This document shows, in pieces, positions 43,371 to 57,000 of a stretch of DNA of 64,000 nt (positions are counted from its first letter, which is position 1; the number at the start of each line of letters is the position of its first letter). The position numbers and the translations under genes were made by a program. The notes beneath the pieces are model-generated. The model worked only from the letters and a program-made list of their open reading frames with translations. It was not told the origin of the DNA and made no database searches. The stretch spans positions 123,716 through 187,715 of the forward strand of contig NW_001865080.1 in the NCBI RefSeq assembly GCF_000002865.3, in the 5' to 3' direction. The stretch comes from Monosiga brevicollis MX1. Its lineage: Eukaryota.

Positions 43371-43933
43371 CCTGCAACTGCTCATCCTCATGCTTCAGGT
43401 TGGCTGTCCCGCCCTGCGCGTGAGACAGACATGTCCCCCTTCTGGACCGGCCGTACAAGGTGCAGGGCCAGACAACCAACCATCCACGTGCCATGCCGGG
43501 GTGGTTTCCCTACCAACACGTGAAACCCTACTCTTTTTTATATCTTTGTCCTCTGACGTCGGTGAACCTCGTACTGCCATGCCGTGCCGAGGCCGTGTCC
43601 CGTCCAAAACTGGCATGCATCACCGTGATCTTAGGAAAGAAGAGAAATCAAAAGGATCGTCATTCAGTTAATTGTTGTTCTTTTTTATTTTTCTTCAGTT
43701 TCCAAGAGAGATGGCGCAGGGTGTGCCACACCCTCCTCGGTCAGCCAACCACCTTATCAACACGGCATAGCCCGGGGCCAAGGCGCGCCCAGGAGACGTG
43801 GACATGGCGAAGAAAAAAAAAGAGAAGAAGAAAAGAAAACAAACGAGGCAAGTAAAAGAAGAGGGTATGAAGGGACACCAGCGATCAACAACAACCTCGC
43901 ACCGGGGATTCATGTGAGATAATGTGCATTCAT

Positions 43934-45782
43934 TTAAAACTCCCAGAGAGTGTTGGTCTCCTCGCGGTCGCCGTTGGCCTTGAAGCCACCGTTCTGCTCG
44001 CCAATGATGTACTTGCCGCTTTCCTTGTGCTTGATGAGGGCCTTGGAGAGCTGGACAAACTCAAAGAAAAAGGCAACGGGGGACGAAGACACGCAGGCCA
44101 CGCCATCCTGGTCGACGGTCCAGTACTTGCCGTCCTTCTGCAGATAGTACTCGCCATTCTTGGACACGAGGTTGAAGACGTCGGGGTGGGAGCGGTTGCA
44201 CTCAACGCGGCCCGAGGCACCCTTGACGCCGAGGAAGCCGTACTGGCCACGGAGAATCAGGGTGGGGCGGTTGATAATGGCGAGCTCAAAGGCAGCGGCC
44301 TCGTCCGAGGCATCGCCAGTGGCGAACATGGCGCCGTTGGGCTTGGCAATGAGGAACTTGCCGCTGGCCTTGTGCTGGAACTTGACGGTGTTACCGGCCG
44401 AGTAGTCAACCACAAAGGCGGTGTTGGCAGACTTCTTCTCAGTCTCAACGGCGAGAGAGCCATCATCGCGGGGAGCCCAGTACTTGAGCTTGTCGGACAT
44501 GACGTGAACCTCGCCATCGGCGACCTCAAACTGGAAGCGCTCAGTGTCCTGAACGTCGTTGAGCTTCTGGTCGGCCTTAACCTCGGCGCCGTTACGGGCG
44601 GACACGTTGAGGTTCTTGAAGATGTTGCGGATGATAAACTGGGGCTCGGAGTCCTGGATGCGGAAGAGCTCGTCCTTGGTGACCTTCTGCTTGTTGACGC
44701 GGACGGTACCCTTGCCACCGACGCAGCTCAGGAAGCGACCCTCGTCGTCGCAGAGGGAGATGTGATCATCGTGGAAGCCGAGGAGGAACTGGCAGTTGCC
44801 ATTGGGGGCATCGACGAGCTTGCCAGAGTTCTCGAGGTACTTGCCGTTGCAGGCCATGAGACCGTAGCGGCCGGTGGGGTGCTCCTCGAAAAAGATGAGG
44901 TTGAGGAGGGCATCCTCACCCCATGGCACATCCTCGTTGCACTGGAGTTCACCGTCGGTGCTGAGGTGCACGTAGCGCTTGCGCATGGCGTTGTAGAGGT
45001 TGATCTGGGGGTGCATGGCCAGGTGGACGACCCAGCGGCCATCAGCGGGGACATCATCGCCACCGACAAAGGCGGTGAGCTTGTCGCCAGTGCCGTGGAA
45101 GAAGAAGCCAGCGGCCGACTTGAGGGCCCAGGTGCCATCAGCCTGGGGGAGGATGGTCCACTGGGTCTCGGCCGAAGGGGCATCAGCGTCGGCCTTGACG
45201 TTGCCGTCGCGATCACCGTAAAGGAACTTGTTCAGGTGGGTCTTGAAGTGGATGCCACCGTCCTGGGCCACGAGCGTGAGCGTTTGCTTCTTCTTCAGGC
45301 TCTTGCCTGCGAACGAGGCGGCAAACCAAATAAAAGAGGCATCAAAACAAGATGAGGCGAGCTACAAGAAAAGGAAAGGAGAAGGCAGGGGGATCACAGG
45401 ACACGGGGGGGAAACAAAATATGATGGAACCACCCAGTACATGAACAACAATATCAGGACCAGTGGATCCGCCCCCTCTTCTCAAATGTTGACCACCAAA
45501 CCCGGAGCGTCAAAGAAGATGCAAGGTTTGGTTTTACAACAAGGAGAACGATGGCGATTTGAAGCAGGTTCAAAACGCGCCGTCCAGGCGAGACGAAAGA
45601 AACAAACAGAAGAAGATGGTTGACGAAAGACTAGTGCTACGGCTGGAGATGAACCACAAAGAATGTGCTGGAAAAGGAACCGTACCGTTGCAGTTGACGG
45701 CAAAGCCGAAGGTCTCCTGGGTCAGGTAAAGGCCAGACGAGGCGTTACGCAGGCCCATCGTCATGCTGATGTTGCGAGCCAT
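43934..45782 (-). CDS. FSCN: Fascin (four beta-trefoil actin-bundling protein), two exons
   Basis: MARNISMTMGLRNASSGLYLTQETFGFAVNCNG|KSLKKKQTLTL...W.VHLAMHPQINLY...RKRYVHLS...DVPWGEDALL...KVTKDELF.I.DSEPQ...ETERFQ...LIKHKESGKYIIGEQNG...TLWEF. Intron 45307-45685. Confidence 0.95.
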
Positions 45783-46659
45783 GGCTGTCTGTTTATGTTG
45801 GGAGGCAACGACTTCTTCTCAGTCCAAAGATCTGGTGAGGCACAAGGGCACAAGAAGTGGGCAGAAGAGCAGGATTGTGAGGTGAGCCCGGTGTGACAAT
45901 GGCAGCTTGAGAGAGAAGGGGGGATTGAATGTTTTGTGCCACAAATCATCAACGATCCCACTGGCTGCTAAACACCACTTGCTTCCCCACGCGATGGAAC
46001 ATCTCGAGGCACGACCCGAAAGAGGATTTTTGATTTGAGGCCAAATCAAGCGCGCGCCCGCCCCATCACGACAGTGGCATCCTGCCTCTCGCCGAGACTG
46101 TCGACAGCCGCACCCGCGACGACACGCAACGGCAGAGCCCCACAACCCTTTTTACCCCCACCAGTACACATCGAGACGAAAACCCCCGGAGCGAGAGAGA
46201 GGGGAGAGGGGGAGCCAGGCACGCCAAGACACACAGCCCGACAAGAGGGGCAGAGCGAAACCCCAGCGACCCGACACCCAAGACCCAACGCAGCTCTCCA
46301 GCCAAAAGGGCAGCGACGTACCAGTGGCAGTGGAAAAATAACCCCTCGCAGCCTTTACCCACCTTGTTCTGTGAGGGCGCGGTGCTGTGGGTGTGGCTGT
46401 TTAAGCTTATTTACCTATTGGACGATCACCAATAGGTGTGGTACAGTGAAGTGGGCGGAACCATCACCTTCTGCGCGTTTCACTGACTTTGAGGTTACTG
46501 GTTCGTGAGTGGTGAGTGTACTGGTTACTGTTGTTGTTGTTGTTGTGAGACACGTTGTCAAAACGAAGCGAAGAAGCAACCCCACCTTTAGACAAAAGAA
46601 TGCGGACAAGGGGGCTTAAGGAGGAGATCTGTTGACGTGGCCTCTCTCTTGACATTCCA

Positions 46660-46734
46660 TTGCAAACTTGTCTTTTTGACTCTCTCTCTCTCTCTCTCTG
46701 TCTCTGTCTCTTCTGTCTCTCTCTCTCTGTCTCT

Positions 46735-46780
<46 letters not shown>

Positions 46781-46820
46781 ATGTCTCTCTCTATCTCTCT
46801 CCCCTCTCTCTCTCTCTCTT
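46660..46820. repeat. (CT)n-rich microsatellite
   Basis: Directly visible, upstream of fascin. Confidence 0.9.
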
Positions 46821-47901
46821 GCTTCAAAACGAGAGAAGCAGAAGGGGGCGTAACCCTGTTCAAAGGGGTTTGTCTCTCCATGGGTCGAGCGGCGGCTCGA
46901 GGGAACGAGCGAGCGAGCTGCGTGCGATGGGGCGGGGCGACGCTCGTGCGGCCCTGGGGCAATGGCAGTGGCTTGCTTCTTCTTCGGCACACCCTGACTT
47001 CAGCAGCCGCGTGTCCATCCTGAAGTGGTGCGTTGTCACAGCCCCTTGTCTCCTCTCCCCCCTCCTCCCCCGAAGCTTACCACTCTTTAGTAGCCGTTTG
47101 GTCGAATACGTCTTGATACGTCTCGACCCTATCGATCTCTTGCTTCGTTTCAACGGGTTTCAACTGCCTCAAACACGAGGCGCTTTGCTTCGAGACATGC
47201 TCCTCGCTGGCACAGCGTCGCACACTGGATCGCCTCGACCGCCTCGGCCGATCGACCGCCGGATCGACCGCCGGATCGACCAGGCTCCATCCTTCTCTCC
47301 CTTAGCCGAGACGAATCACACTTGTCAGTCGTGGTTAAGCTTGCTGCACCTTGCAAAACCATATACCCGAGCCACCAGCTCGCTGGACCAAATCTGAACC
47401 AGGTTTAGACTCATTTTGTACCCAAAACGAACCTGAAAATAACTTGCATTCCCTCGACAAAGGCTTGCAAGCCAGCTCAAAGACAAATTGTCAGACTTTT
47501 GCCGGCAGCCCGAGAGAAAAAAAATGGCGCGCTGGCGCACACTCCCTCTCAGCTCCTACGACAGGGCAGTACAATACCAACAAAAGTTTGGGCTGGCAAT
47601 GGCTACGATGGCATTGGACAGGACAGAGGCTATTCAAGTCACAGACTAAATTGACGGGGCAAGAAACAAACAAGATACAAAGGAAAAAAAAAAGTTAAGA
47701 CAAGAAAAGGGAAACAGATCCTCTGCTTGCTTCCTCCCATGTCAACCCCCTCGGGGCCCGCCCCCTTCATGTAGGGAAGGAGGAAAGGACACACAACGCG
47801 CACGGCGCATCGCTTCCATCAATGACCACAAAAAGAAAGAAAAGAAAAACAAGAGAGTGAGAGGACACACTCTCGAGTGGACACAGTCTGTTGGAGGAAA
47901 C

Positions 47902-50012
47902 TTAGTTTTGCTCGCTGCCGCTGTCGTTGCTACCGGCGCGCTTCTTGTAGGCAACCTCAAAGGCCTTGAGGCTGGCCTGCTGCACGTCGCCTGAGAGCTG
48001 ACGAATCTCCTCGGCGTTCTTCTCCTCAGCGTTGAGGGCATCACGCAGCTTGGCAATGTGCTCGCGGATGGACGAAGCGGCCTCGGGCTCAACATCGTCC
48101 TTAAAGTCCTCCAGGTTCTTCTCGGTCGTGTGAATCATGCTCTCGGCCGCGTTGACAGCCTCAATGGCATCCTTACGTTCCTTGTCCTGCTCGGCGTGAG
48201 TCTCGGCGTCACGGACCATCTGCTCAATCTGATCCTTAGACAGACCACCCGAAGACTGGATCACAATCTGCTGCTCCTTGCCAGTACCCTTGTCCTTGGC
48301 GGACACGTTCACAATACCGTTGGCGTCAATGTCGAAGGTAACCTCAATCTGGGGGGTGCCGCGGGGCGCCGGGGGCACACCAACGAGCGAGAAGCGACCG
48401 AGCTCCTGGTTGTCCGCAGCCATCTCACGCTCGCCCTGGAGCACCTTAATCTCAACGGTGGTCTGACCATCAGCAGCGGTGGAGAAGACCTGCGACTTCT
48501 TGGTGGGAATGGTGGTGTTGCGGCCAATGAGCTTGGTGAAGACGCCACCCAGCGTCTCAATGCCCAGGGAAAGAGGAGTCACGTCAAGGAGGAGCACATC
48601 GCTGACTTCGCCAGCCAGGACACCGCCCTGAATGGCGGCACCCATGGCGACGGCCTCGTCGGGGTTGACACCCTTGGACGGGGAACGGCCAAAGATGCTC
48701 TCGACAGTCGACTGAACCTTGGGCATACGCGTCATGCCACCAACAAGGATAACCTCACCAATGTCGCTCTTGCTCATCTTGGCATCCGACAGGCACTTTT
48801 GGCAGGGCGAAACGGTGCGCTGCACAAGCTCATCCACAATCGACTCAAACTTGGCACGGCTCAGCTTCATGTTCAAGTGCTTGGGACCAGTCTGGTCCAC
48901 GGTGATGTAGGGAAGGTTAATGTCCGTCTGCATGGAGGAGGAAAGCTCAATTTTGGCCTTCTCGGCAGCCTCGCGGAGGCGCTGCAGAGCCATGTTGTCC
49001 TTGCGCAGGTCAATGCCCTGGTCCTTCTTGAACTGCTCAATGAAGAAGTTGACGAGCGTGTTGTCAAAGTCCTCACCACCCAGGAAGGTATCTCCGTTGG
49101 TGGCCTTGACCTCAAAGACACCAGACTGAATCTCCAGGATGGACACATCAAAGGTGCCACCACCCAGATCATAGACGACGACGGTCTTGTCCTCCTGCTT
49201 GTCCAGACCGTAGGCCAGGGCGGCAGCGGTGGGCTCGTTGATGACGCGAAGCACGTTCAGGCCTGAAATCTCACCGGCGTCGCGGGTGGCCTGGCGCTGG
49301 CTGTCGTTGAAGTAGGCAGGCACGGTGATGACGGCGTTCTTGACCGAGCCACCGAGGTACGCCTCGGCCGTTTCCTTCATCTTGGTGAGGACAAAGGCAC
49401 CAATCTGCGAAGGAGAGTAGTCCTTGCCGCCAGCATGGACCCAGGCATCGCCATTGGGCGCCTTGACAATCTTGTAGCTCGAGGTCTCCATGTCCTTCTG
49501 GGTCTCGGGGTCCTCAAAGCGGCGGCCAATAAGACGCTTCGTAGCGCTGAGCGTGTTGGCAGGGTTGGTAACGGCCTGGCGCTTGGCGGGCTGGCCCACC
49601 AGGCGCTCACCGTCCTCGGTGAAGGCAACCACCGACGGGGTGGTGCGGGCACCCTCGGAGTTCTCAATCACGCGGGCGTCCTTGCCATCCATGACAGCAA
49701 CGCAAGAGTTGGTGGTACCCAAGTCAACACCAATAACACGGCCCTGGACACTACGTGTTGTTGTTTTTTTGCACAAAGTGAAGAAAGCGAGCGGGCAGCC
49801 AGGCGGGTGAGCGAGGGGTTGAGCGGTCAAGAAGAGTGCAGCCGGCGACTCGTCAAGAAAGGCGAATGACGGTGAGGTAGATGGAAGAGAGGGAGACAGA
49901 CATGGGTATGAAAGGAGGCATACCTGGCAGCGCGGGTAATGACGTGGGCAAAGTTGTTGGTCTGGTTGGCACGGGTGCCCTGCACCAGCAGGGAGCGAGA
50001 CGCCTTCAACAT
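47902..50012 (-). CDS. HSPA9: Mitochondrial Hsp70 (mortalin/Ssc1)
   Basis: Presequence exon [15 protein letters not shown]... spliced to [19 protein letters not shown]...[75 protein letters not shown] and YSPSQI are mitochondrial-type signatures; there is no EEVD or KDEL end. Confidence 0.97.
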
Positions 50013-51046
50013 GGTTGGAGGTCTTGATGTGAAAGCCAAGAGGGAAGGGAGGGGTCTACTGCGAGGGAGGAGGGGAAAGAAGAAAAATGAGTGGAGAGTT
50101 TTAAGACGAAATGACTTGTCTGTGCCCAGGCGTGCCATGAACGACGAACAAGCCAAAAACGCCGACCGAGGACACCACTGCACGCACGCAGGTGCCGCAG
50201 AACACCCAACACCAGACGGCCGTGCCCACAAGCCGAGTGGACACAAGAGCAACGCAAGGACTGCCAACCACAAAGCACCACACAAATCGTGCTATCGCGC
50301 CCGCTCCCACAGCACAACCGAGTCGACGACCGATGCACGACCGACCGACCGACTGACACGACTAACACGACCGAGATGACCGACCCACGAGGCCAAGGCC
50401 TGTCAGGCACAACCAACTTACATCCAGTGACCAGAAGCACAAATGCATTTCTCTCTCTCTCTCTCTCTCGCTCTCTCTCTCGCTGTGGCTCGTTCAGTGG
50501 GCTGCACACTCTTACGAGAGTAAACGTGGTGTGCAATGGTGAAGCAAGTGTAGCGGGACTCACACTTGGTACGCTCGACGCGCAACTCACATGCAAGAGC
50601 GCGTCCTCAACGCAGAAAGGGCACTACTGTCGATGTGAACATTAAGCTTCTGCAACGTGTTGCGAGGGGGACACGTGTACAGCCGAGAGGTGTGTAAAGT
50701 GTGATTTACGATACACTATCGGGCTGTTGCTAGAAGGTTGAGGGAGAACGAAGAAAGAGGTGGAAGGCAGTAGAAGAAGTGTTGCAATACTTTGGCAAGG
50801 GAGAAAGCTGACATGGAGTGTTTCAGTTGACGAATGCAGTGAGTATGTCAAAGGATATGCTATGTCAATTCAAAACAAGAGAGGTGGAGTTTACAATCAC
50901 ATGTCAAGGTGCTTTTAGAACACACACAGGCACAGGCACAACATCCTGTGCGGTAGGTAGTTGATCACTTATGGCTCAGGCCCTCGGTCCCATACATACA
51001 CCGAGGTGGGTCGCGGTGACCTCAGAGAACACCGGACGAGAGAGGC

Positions 51047-54000
51047 CTAATCATCGTTCAAGGTGAGGCAGACACCCTGCAGTACCCAGTGACTGAGGTG
51101 CTCGGCGGTCGCCAGATCAGCCTCAAACACCAGGCCCACGCCCATGGCATTGCGACGATCCGACGTCGTGTACACGGGCGTGCGATACGTGTTCTGCAGC
51201 TTCAACTTGTGCGCCTCAATCGGAATCACCCGCAGAATCGGCAACGGCTGCAACAGCTGCTTGGGTGCCTGCGGCACCAAGTGCCCGGCCTTGACATCCC
51301 ACGCTGCCCCCTCGAGATACAAGCCCGTCACGAAGCAGCCGCTGGGTGGCCGCGCCTGTACCTCGCGCGGATCCACAAACTCCGTCACCGCGGTATACAG
51401 CGTTGAGCGGTCCAGGGCCCATCCATTCTGTCGGCACGTCGTTTGTACCAACGCCGTTAGATAGGACTCGGGAATGTGCAGGCCAGACAGCCACATGACA
51501 GTGGGTTCGCCCTTCTCCACCCAGCTCTTGTACTGCAGGTAGCGACGCTCAAAATGCAGCATCCAGTTGGTCAAATTCTTCTTCGTATCCGGAGCCAAGC
51601 GACGCCACATGCCCGGTAGCTGGCCGTTGAACAACGCCGACGCCAGCTCATCCAACGCGCTCGACATGCCCACTTCGCCCACCAGCGCCTACAAAAAAGA
51701 TACAAAAAAAGAGAGAGAGGAGAGAGGGTGAGTGAGTGAGAGAGTGAGAGAATAGAGGAAAACCCAATCAGGTGAACCTGACTCTCTCATGGCACAACCA
51801 TAAAGTAGCCAAAGGAAGACGACGCCCCTGCCTCTTCCCTGCCCCTGAACACCGCACCGCCCACTCCCTTCGCCCTAGGATCAATCACAACGATAAGCGG
51901 CCCCCAAAACGTACCCGCTGAAGGCTGCTCAGAGAGCTGTTCATCTTGGCGACCAGGGCGTTCCAGCGCTCCAGCTCCTGCAGCAGCACCACGCTGGTGG
52001 GCGGCAAGACTTTGTTGCCATCCTCATCCACAGGCGCCGCCGAGGTGATGTCTGCGCGGATGCGCTCCAAATCAAAGGCGGGCTCAATCTTGGCCTTGAT
52101 GCTCGACGCCACATTCCCAATGTACGCCTCGCGCGACACACCACCGCCCACACTGGCCGTCTGAGGCTGCAACTCGACCAACAAATGCCACATGTTGCGC
52201 GCCTGGCTAGTAAAGTACCCAATCTCTGCGTTGGCGTGCAGGCCAAACACCGAGGGCCCGTTGGCCAGCGGCAGCTGCTCAATGTAGTCGAGGTACGCCT
52301 GCCGCGACCCGCCCGTCGGGATCGTGTAGTCCACAGAGCTGTCCTGATAAAAGTGGAACGGTTGGAACGTGTCAAAGATAAAGTCGCCCATAAACTCGTC
52401 CATGTACGTGCGCAGCACGCGCCGATCAAAGCTGTCAATGGCGCGCCCACCATACATCACCTCACCCACCAGGTACTTGAGTGAGCCCCACGGCAGCTTC
52501 TCGTCCCGGTTCGCATGTGCCTTGGAGAGATACGTTTGCACAATCTGCAAGCACACACGGAAATCGTTCTCGTTAAAGTCATACGGAACGTTCCACCCAA
52601 TCTTGCCGTACTTGCGGCGCTCCTGCACCACGGCATGAAAGAAGCCCAACGCAAAGACCAGGGGTGGATAGGCTGGGTGTGCACACGTTTCGGGCTCGAG
52701 CTCCGCCTCCGCAATCTTGGTCATGGTGGCGCGCAGGTTGAGCTTGAGCCCGTTGGGCGGCTCCGATACCACCTTGAGCGACCGCTGCAGGATGCCGATG
52801 GGAAACTTGTCGGTGGGCGCCGTGGTCAGCCACAATCGGTACTCGGGATGCGGGTTGTCGATGCGCTCGAGTGCCTTCTCCAAATCCCGCAACCACTTGA
52901 CCAGCAGGTGACAGTTTTGCAACATGAGCCACTGCCCGCGCTGCGCCGCCGTCTCCAGCATTTCCAGCGCCACCGGGCCCTGGCCCTGGCCCATGGAGAG
53001 GAATTTGAGGCGGTTGCCCCCAAAACCCGTCTTCTCGGCCAGTTTCACCAGGTCGCCGGCCGGGTCAGAGCCGGGGCTCAAGATGAAAACAATCGGCGAG
53101 TTGGGGCTAGACGACTCGTGCACGTTCTCAAACCGCACCACCGGTGGCTGCACAAAGCGCTCGCCAATCTCCGTCGTCACAAAGTCCGTCACGGCACGGT
53201 AAATGCGATCCACGCGGAAACAGCGCAGCAAACACAATCGCTGGAACGCGGTCGTGCGCTCCGAATAGCCCATGGGCAGATCGCCCTGCTCTGGCGCCTC
53301 ACCCTGGAACCAATCGCGCCACACGGCCTCCTTGCTCGCCACGTCATCGGGTAGATTTTGGAAAACCTCGGCCACCTCGCTCAGGCGCATCACATCCTGC
53401 CAGCTGGCCTCGGGCAGCCAGCCGTACGGGTTGGGCCGTGCTACCTTTTCCAGGCTAATGTTGCCCTTGACGAAAAAGTCCAGCTCGGCTTGCACCATCT
53501 GCCCTTCTGACTCGAGCAGCTTGGTCGCCATTTGGAACGAAAAGAGCAGCTTGTGCTTCTCGAACAAACCCGTGGTGGCGTAGTTGTACACGTTCAGTGT
53601 CAGCGCGTCGATAATGTTCGCCAAACGCTTCTGCAAAATCGTGTGAGGCAAGCTCTTGCGCAAGCTCAGCTCAAAGACCTCCAGATATGAGCTCAGCGAG
53701 TACTGGTACATGTAGCTGATGGCCGACATGTCCGACAGCACGAAAAAGAGCACGGCGCCGCGCTTGGCAGCCGGACGATAGCCGTCGCGAATAATGTCGA
53801 TTTCCTTGGCCGTCGACTCGCCCAGCGCCAGCTTCTCCTGGACCTCGGCGGCCTTCAACTTAGTATTCTCCAAAGTCTGAATGAGCTCGACGTTGTCCAG
53901 CATGTTGCCCGTGGACGAGGCCAGTTCACGCAGCAGCGTGTCCTCCAGGTCCTTGAGCAGCGTCTTGTTCTGTGACGTCTCCTGGATCAGCTGCGCGCGC

Positions 54001-57000
54001 TGCTCCTCCAGTTCCGGTCGCTCGTGGCGCACAATCTCGCTCAACAGTTGGTCTTCCAGACCCTTGAGCGTTACCGTGTAGTTGATAATCTTGGTCTTGC
54101 CAAACACCGACGGGGGGTACTTGGGATTGGCAATCTTCGTGTTGAGGTAGAGCCGGAAGTTGGGATCGTAATCTACCTCTTTGTCCCCGAGCACCACGTA
54201 ACGCCGTTGACCCGAGCCCAAAATGTTCTTCTCCAGCACGTTGTCAATGACCGGATCAATGTACTCGTCCACATCCCGGAACAAAAAGGGCGTGCCGTAC
54301 TTGATGGCCAGCTCGAGCTTCTTCAAAAAGTCTGGGTCGTTGAAGGTGCAGACCTTGAGTCCGTGCTTTTCTTCCCGGGTGCGGATCCAGTTGAGCGCTT
54401 GCTGCTGGGGATCGATGCACAGCGGGAAGCTTGAAGCCTGCGTGGTCAAGATGCCGTTCTGCACCGAGAGCTCATCCGGCGGCAAGCCCTCCGAGCCCCA
54501 CTGCGCAATCTCAACATCGTTGGTCAGCAAGTCCTGCAGGCTAAACGGGTTGCTCACAGGCACCTCGTGGCGTTGCAGGTCCACCAACCAGTCATCGTGC
54601 ACCATACGACGTCGGAACTCAAAGTTGAATGCGCACGAGTAGGACAAAAAGGCCGCGCCCAGTAGACAGTCACCCAATAGGCGCACGCGTTGCGCACGCA
54701 ACTCCTCCAGCTCGTGTGCCCAGCGCGTCTTCTCCGAGCTCAGGCCATTGATCAGCTTGTCGGCGGCAACAAGGCGGCGCTGCATGATCTCGGCCTCTGA
54801 TGCCAGCTGCGATTTCTCCAGCAGGGCTGCTTCATGACGCTGCGATAGTTCCTTCAGCTGACGCTCAATTTCGTCGCACTCCTTGACGATGCGGTCCAGC
54901 TCTCGCTTGGCAATCATAAAGTTTTTCTCCAGCTGCGCCACCTTTTCACGTTTGGGCTTGATCTCGCGCGCGACCGCGCAGTAGCCCATGACGGCCGTCA
55001 CGAACTTGAGCAGGCCCGCGCCAGCCGTCGACACGTCCCGCATCTTCTCCAAGGAGATGTTGGCCTTTTTCAGTGAGGCGTTGATGGTGGTCACCTGCTT
55101 CTGCTTGATGGCGTCCACATCCATGTTCATGAGCGAGCTCAGGAATTGCGGATCAGCCATCATGCCCTTGGCCGCCTTCCAAGAGATGTCCTTGCCATCC
55201 TTCATCACAACGATGCACTCACAGACCGTCTGCACGGCCGGGGGCGGCTTGGCAAAGGAGCGAATCTCCGTCACATCGTTCTTGTCCAGGTCCTTGAGAG
55301 CCATCTTGGCCTCTTCAAGCGCGGGCAGGGCCACCTCCAGAGCCTCGACGGCGTCCTTCTTCTCCACCTCAATGGTACGGCTCTGTTCGGCAATCTCAAC
55401 CTTCTTGGCCTCGGCCAGTTGCTTCTTGGCGTTGGCTTCGGTGGACGCGGCGGTGATCTCGTCCAGTAGCTTGGCGCAGGCCTCGGTACTGGCCTTCAGC
55501 GTGATTTTCTGCTCGGCCAACTTGGCGTTCATCACCTCAAGGTCTTTGCCTGCCTCGACGAGCTTGGACATGCCGCCGTCCAGGCGATCGCACTGAGCCT
55601 GGACAAACTGGTCGCGGCGCTCCAGCAGATCCAGATAACTGCTGATGAAGTCGAGGTAATTTTTGGGTGTCACATAGTTGCTGCGGCGCAGTGTCGCCTC
55701 AAACTCTTGGCTATAGCCTGAAATGCTTTCGTGCACGTGCACGACGTGTTGCACAATGTGATCGCGCTTGTCTTCCGGGATCATGGCAGCCCGCGCGTGA
55801 GCATCGCTGCCCGTGCCCAGGAAGACAGAGGCCACCGCGAGCAGGGCTTGCTGTGGCCAAGGCAAGAACCAATCAATGACGGTGCTATTGACCAGGCCAG
55901 GAAAGTTACGGCAGCGTGTGCGTAGCTTCTCACCGACGGGAGACATGGCCAGCACCACATGCAGGTTGTCTGCACAGCGGTTGACAAAAAAGTTCCAGCA
56001 CGTCTCGCGGTTAGGCACGAGGCCCGCCTTTTGGACCTCGGGCCGCACTGAGCCAATGATGGCCTCCTTCTCGTCATCCGCATAGAGGGCGGGCACCATG
56101 CCGGACGTCAGGATGTTGTTGATGAGCTCCAAAAACCCTTCTTCGGCGACGTGGGCGTCGGTGAAGAGGAAAGTTGTGGGCTGCTTCTCCACGCCCACCA
56201 TGTTGAAGAGCGTCTTCAGGTCCTCTCGCAGCTCCTCCTCGCCGTACCCACGGCTCAGCGTAATCTCAAAGAGGCTGTACCCGGCCACAAAAGTGGCCAG
56301 GCGGGTCAGGCTCTGGCGACCCGAACCTCCCACGCCCACGAGGAGCGCGTGTGCGCGGCTCATGCGAATGATGCGGTGGATGCGCAGCAGATGCTCCAGG
56401 GCATCCTCGAACAGCACGAGGTTCATGCGCGAGTGCTTCTCGTTGTACTCCTCCAGCATGCCATCAAACACGCGCTTCACGGGCTCGTAGCCCGGCAGCT
56501 CGCTGTACACGCGAGGCGCATCTGGCGTCAAGACCTGCAGCATGTCGCCATACAACAGAGGCTCGGCCAAGGCCGTGTCTGCCACGGCTGGGAAGCTGCC
56601 GCGCAACAACTTCTCGATCAAACCTTGAGCATGTTTCTTATCTTCGTGGTTGATCAAGCGATCATGGAAGACGCGCAGCGCCTCGTTGCGCCACAGGCGC
56701 ACCAGCGAGCCCGCAGTCTCAAAGTGCTCGGGCGTGCTCAGGCAGAGGCCATGGTACACACGACTCAGATCACGCAGATTGAAGACGTAGTGGAACTTGG
56801 ACGGCGTCGGCGGCATCGAGGCTACAATCTGATCATAGAGGTCCATGGTAGCATCAGTAAGCGTCGGGGCCAGGCTGCGCACTTCTTCGGAGAAGGAGCC
56901 CAGGTGACCGGCCAGGATGCTGGCGTAGATTGTCTTGAGCGACTCCTGCGAGGGGAAGGTCACGTTAAACACGGAAAACAGGGACACAAAGCGCGGATCA

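Noticed and set aside
43922..45355. 477-aa ORF antisense to fascin
   Set aside because: It is a mirror-frame artefact: fascin's strong codon bias avoids TTA/CTA/TCA, so the opposite strand lacks stops. No protein motifs.
48058..49266. 402-aa ORF antisense to Hsp70
   Set aside because: Long antisense ORFs are a known by-product of codon bias in hsp70 genes; there is no independent evidence of coding.
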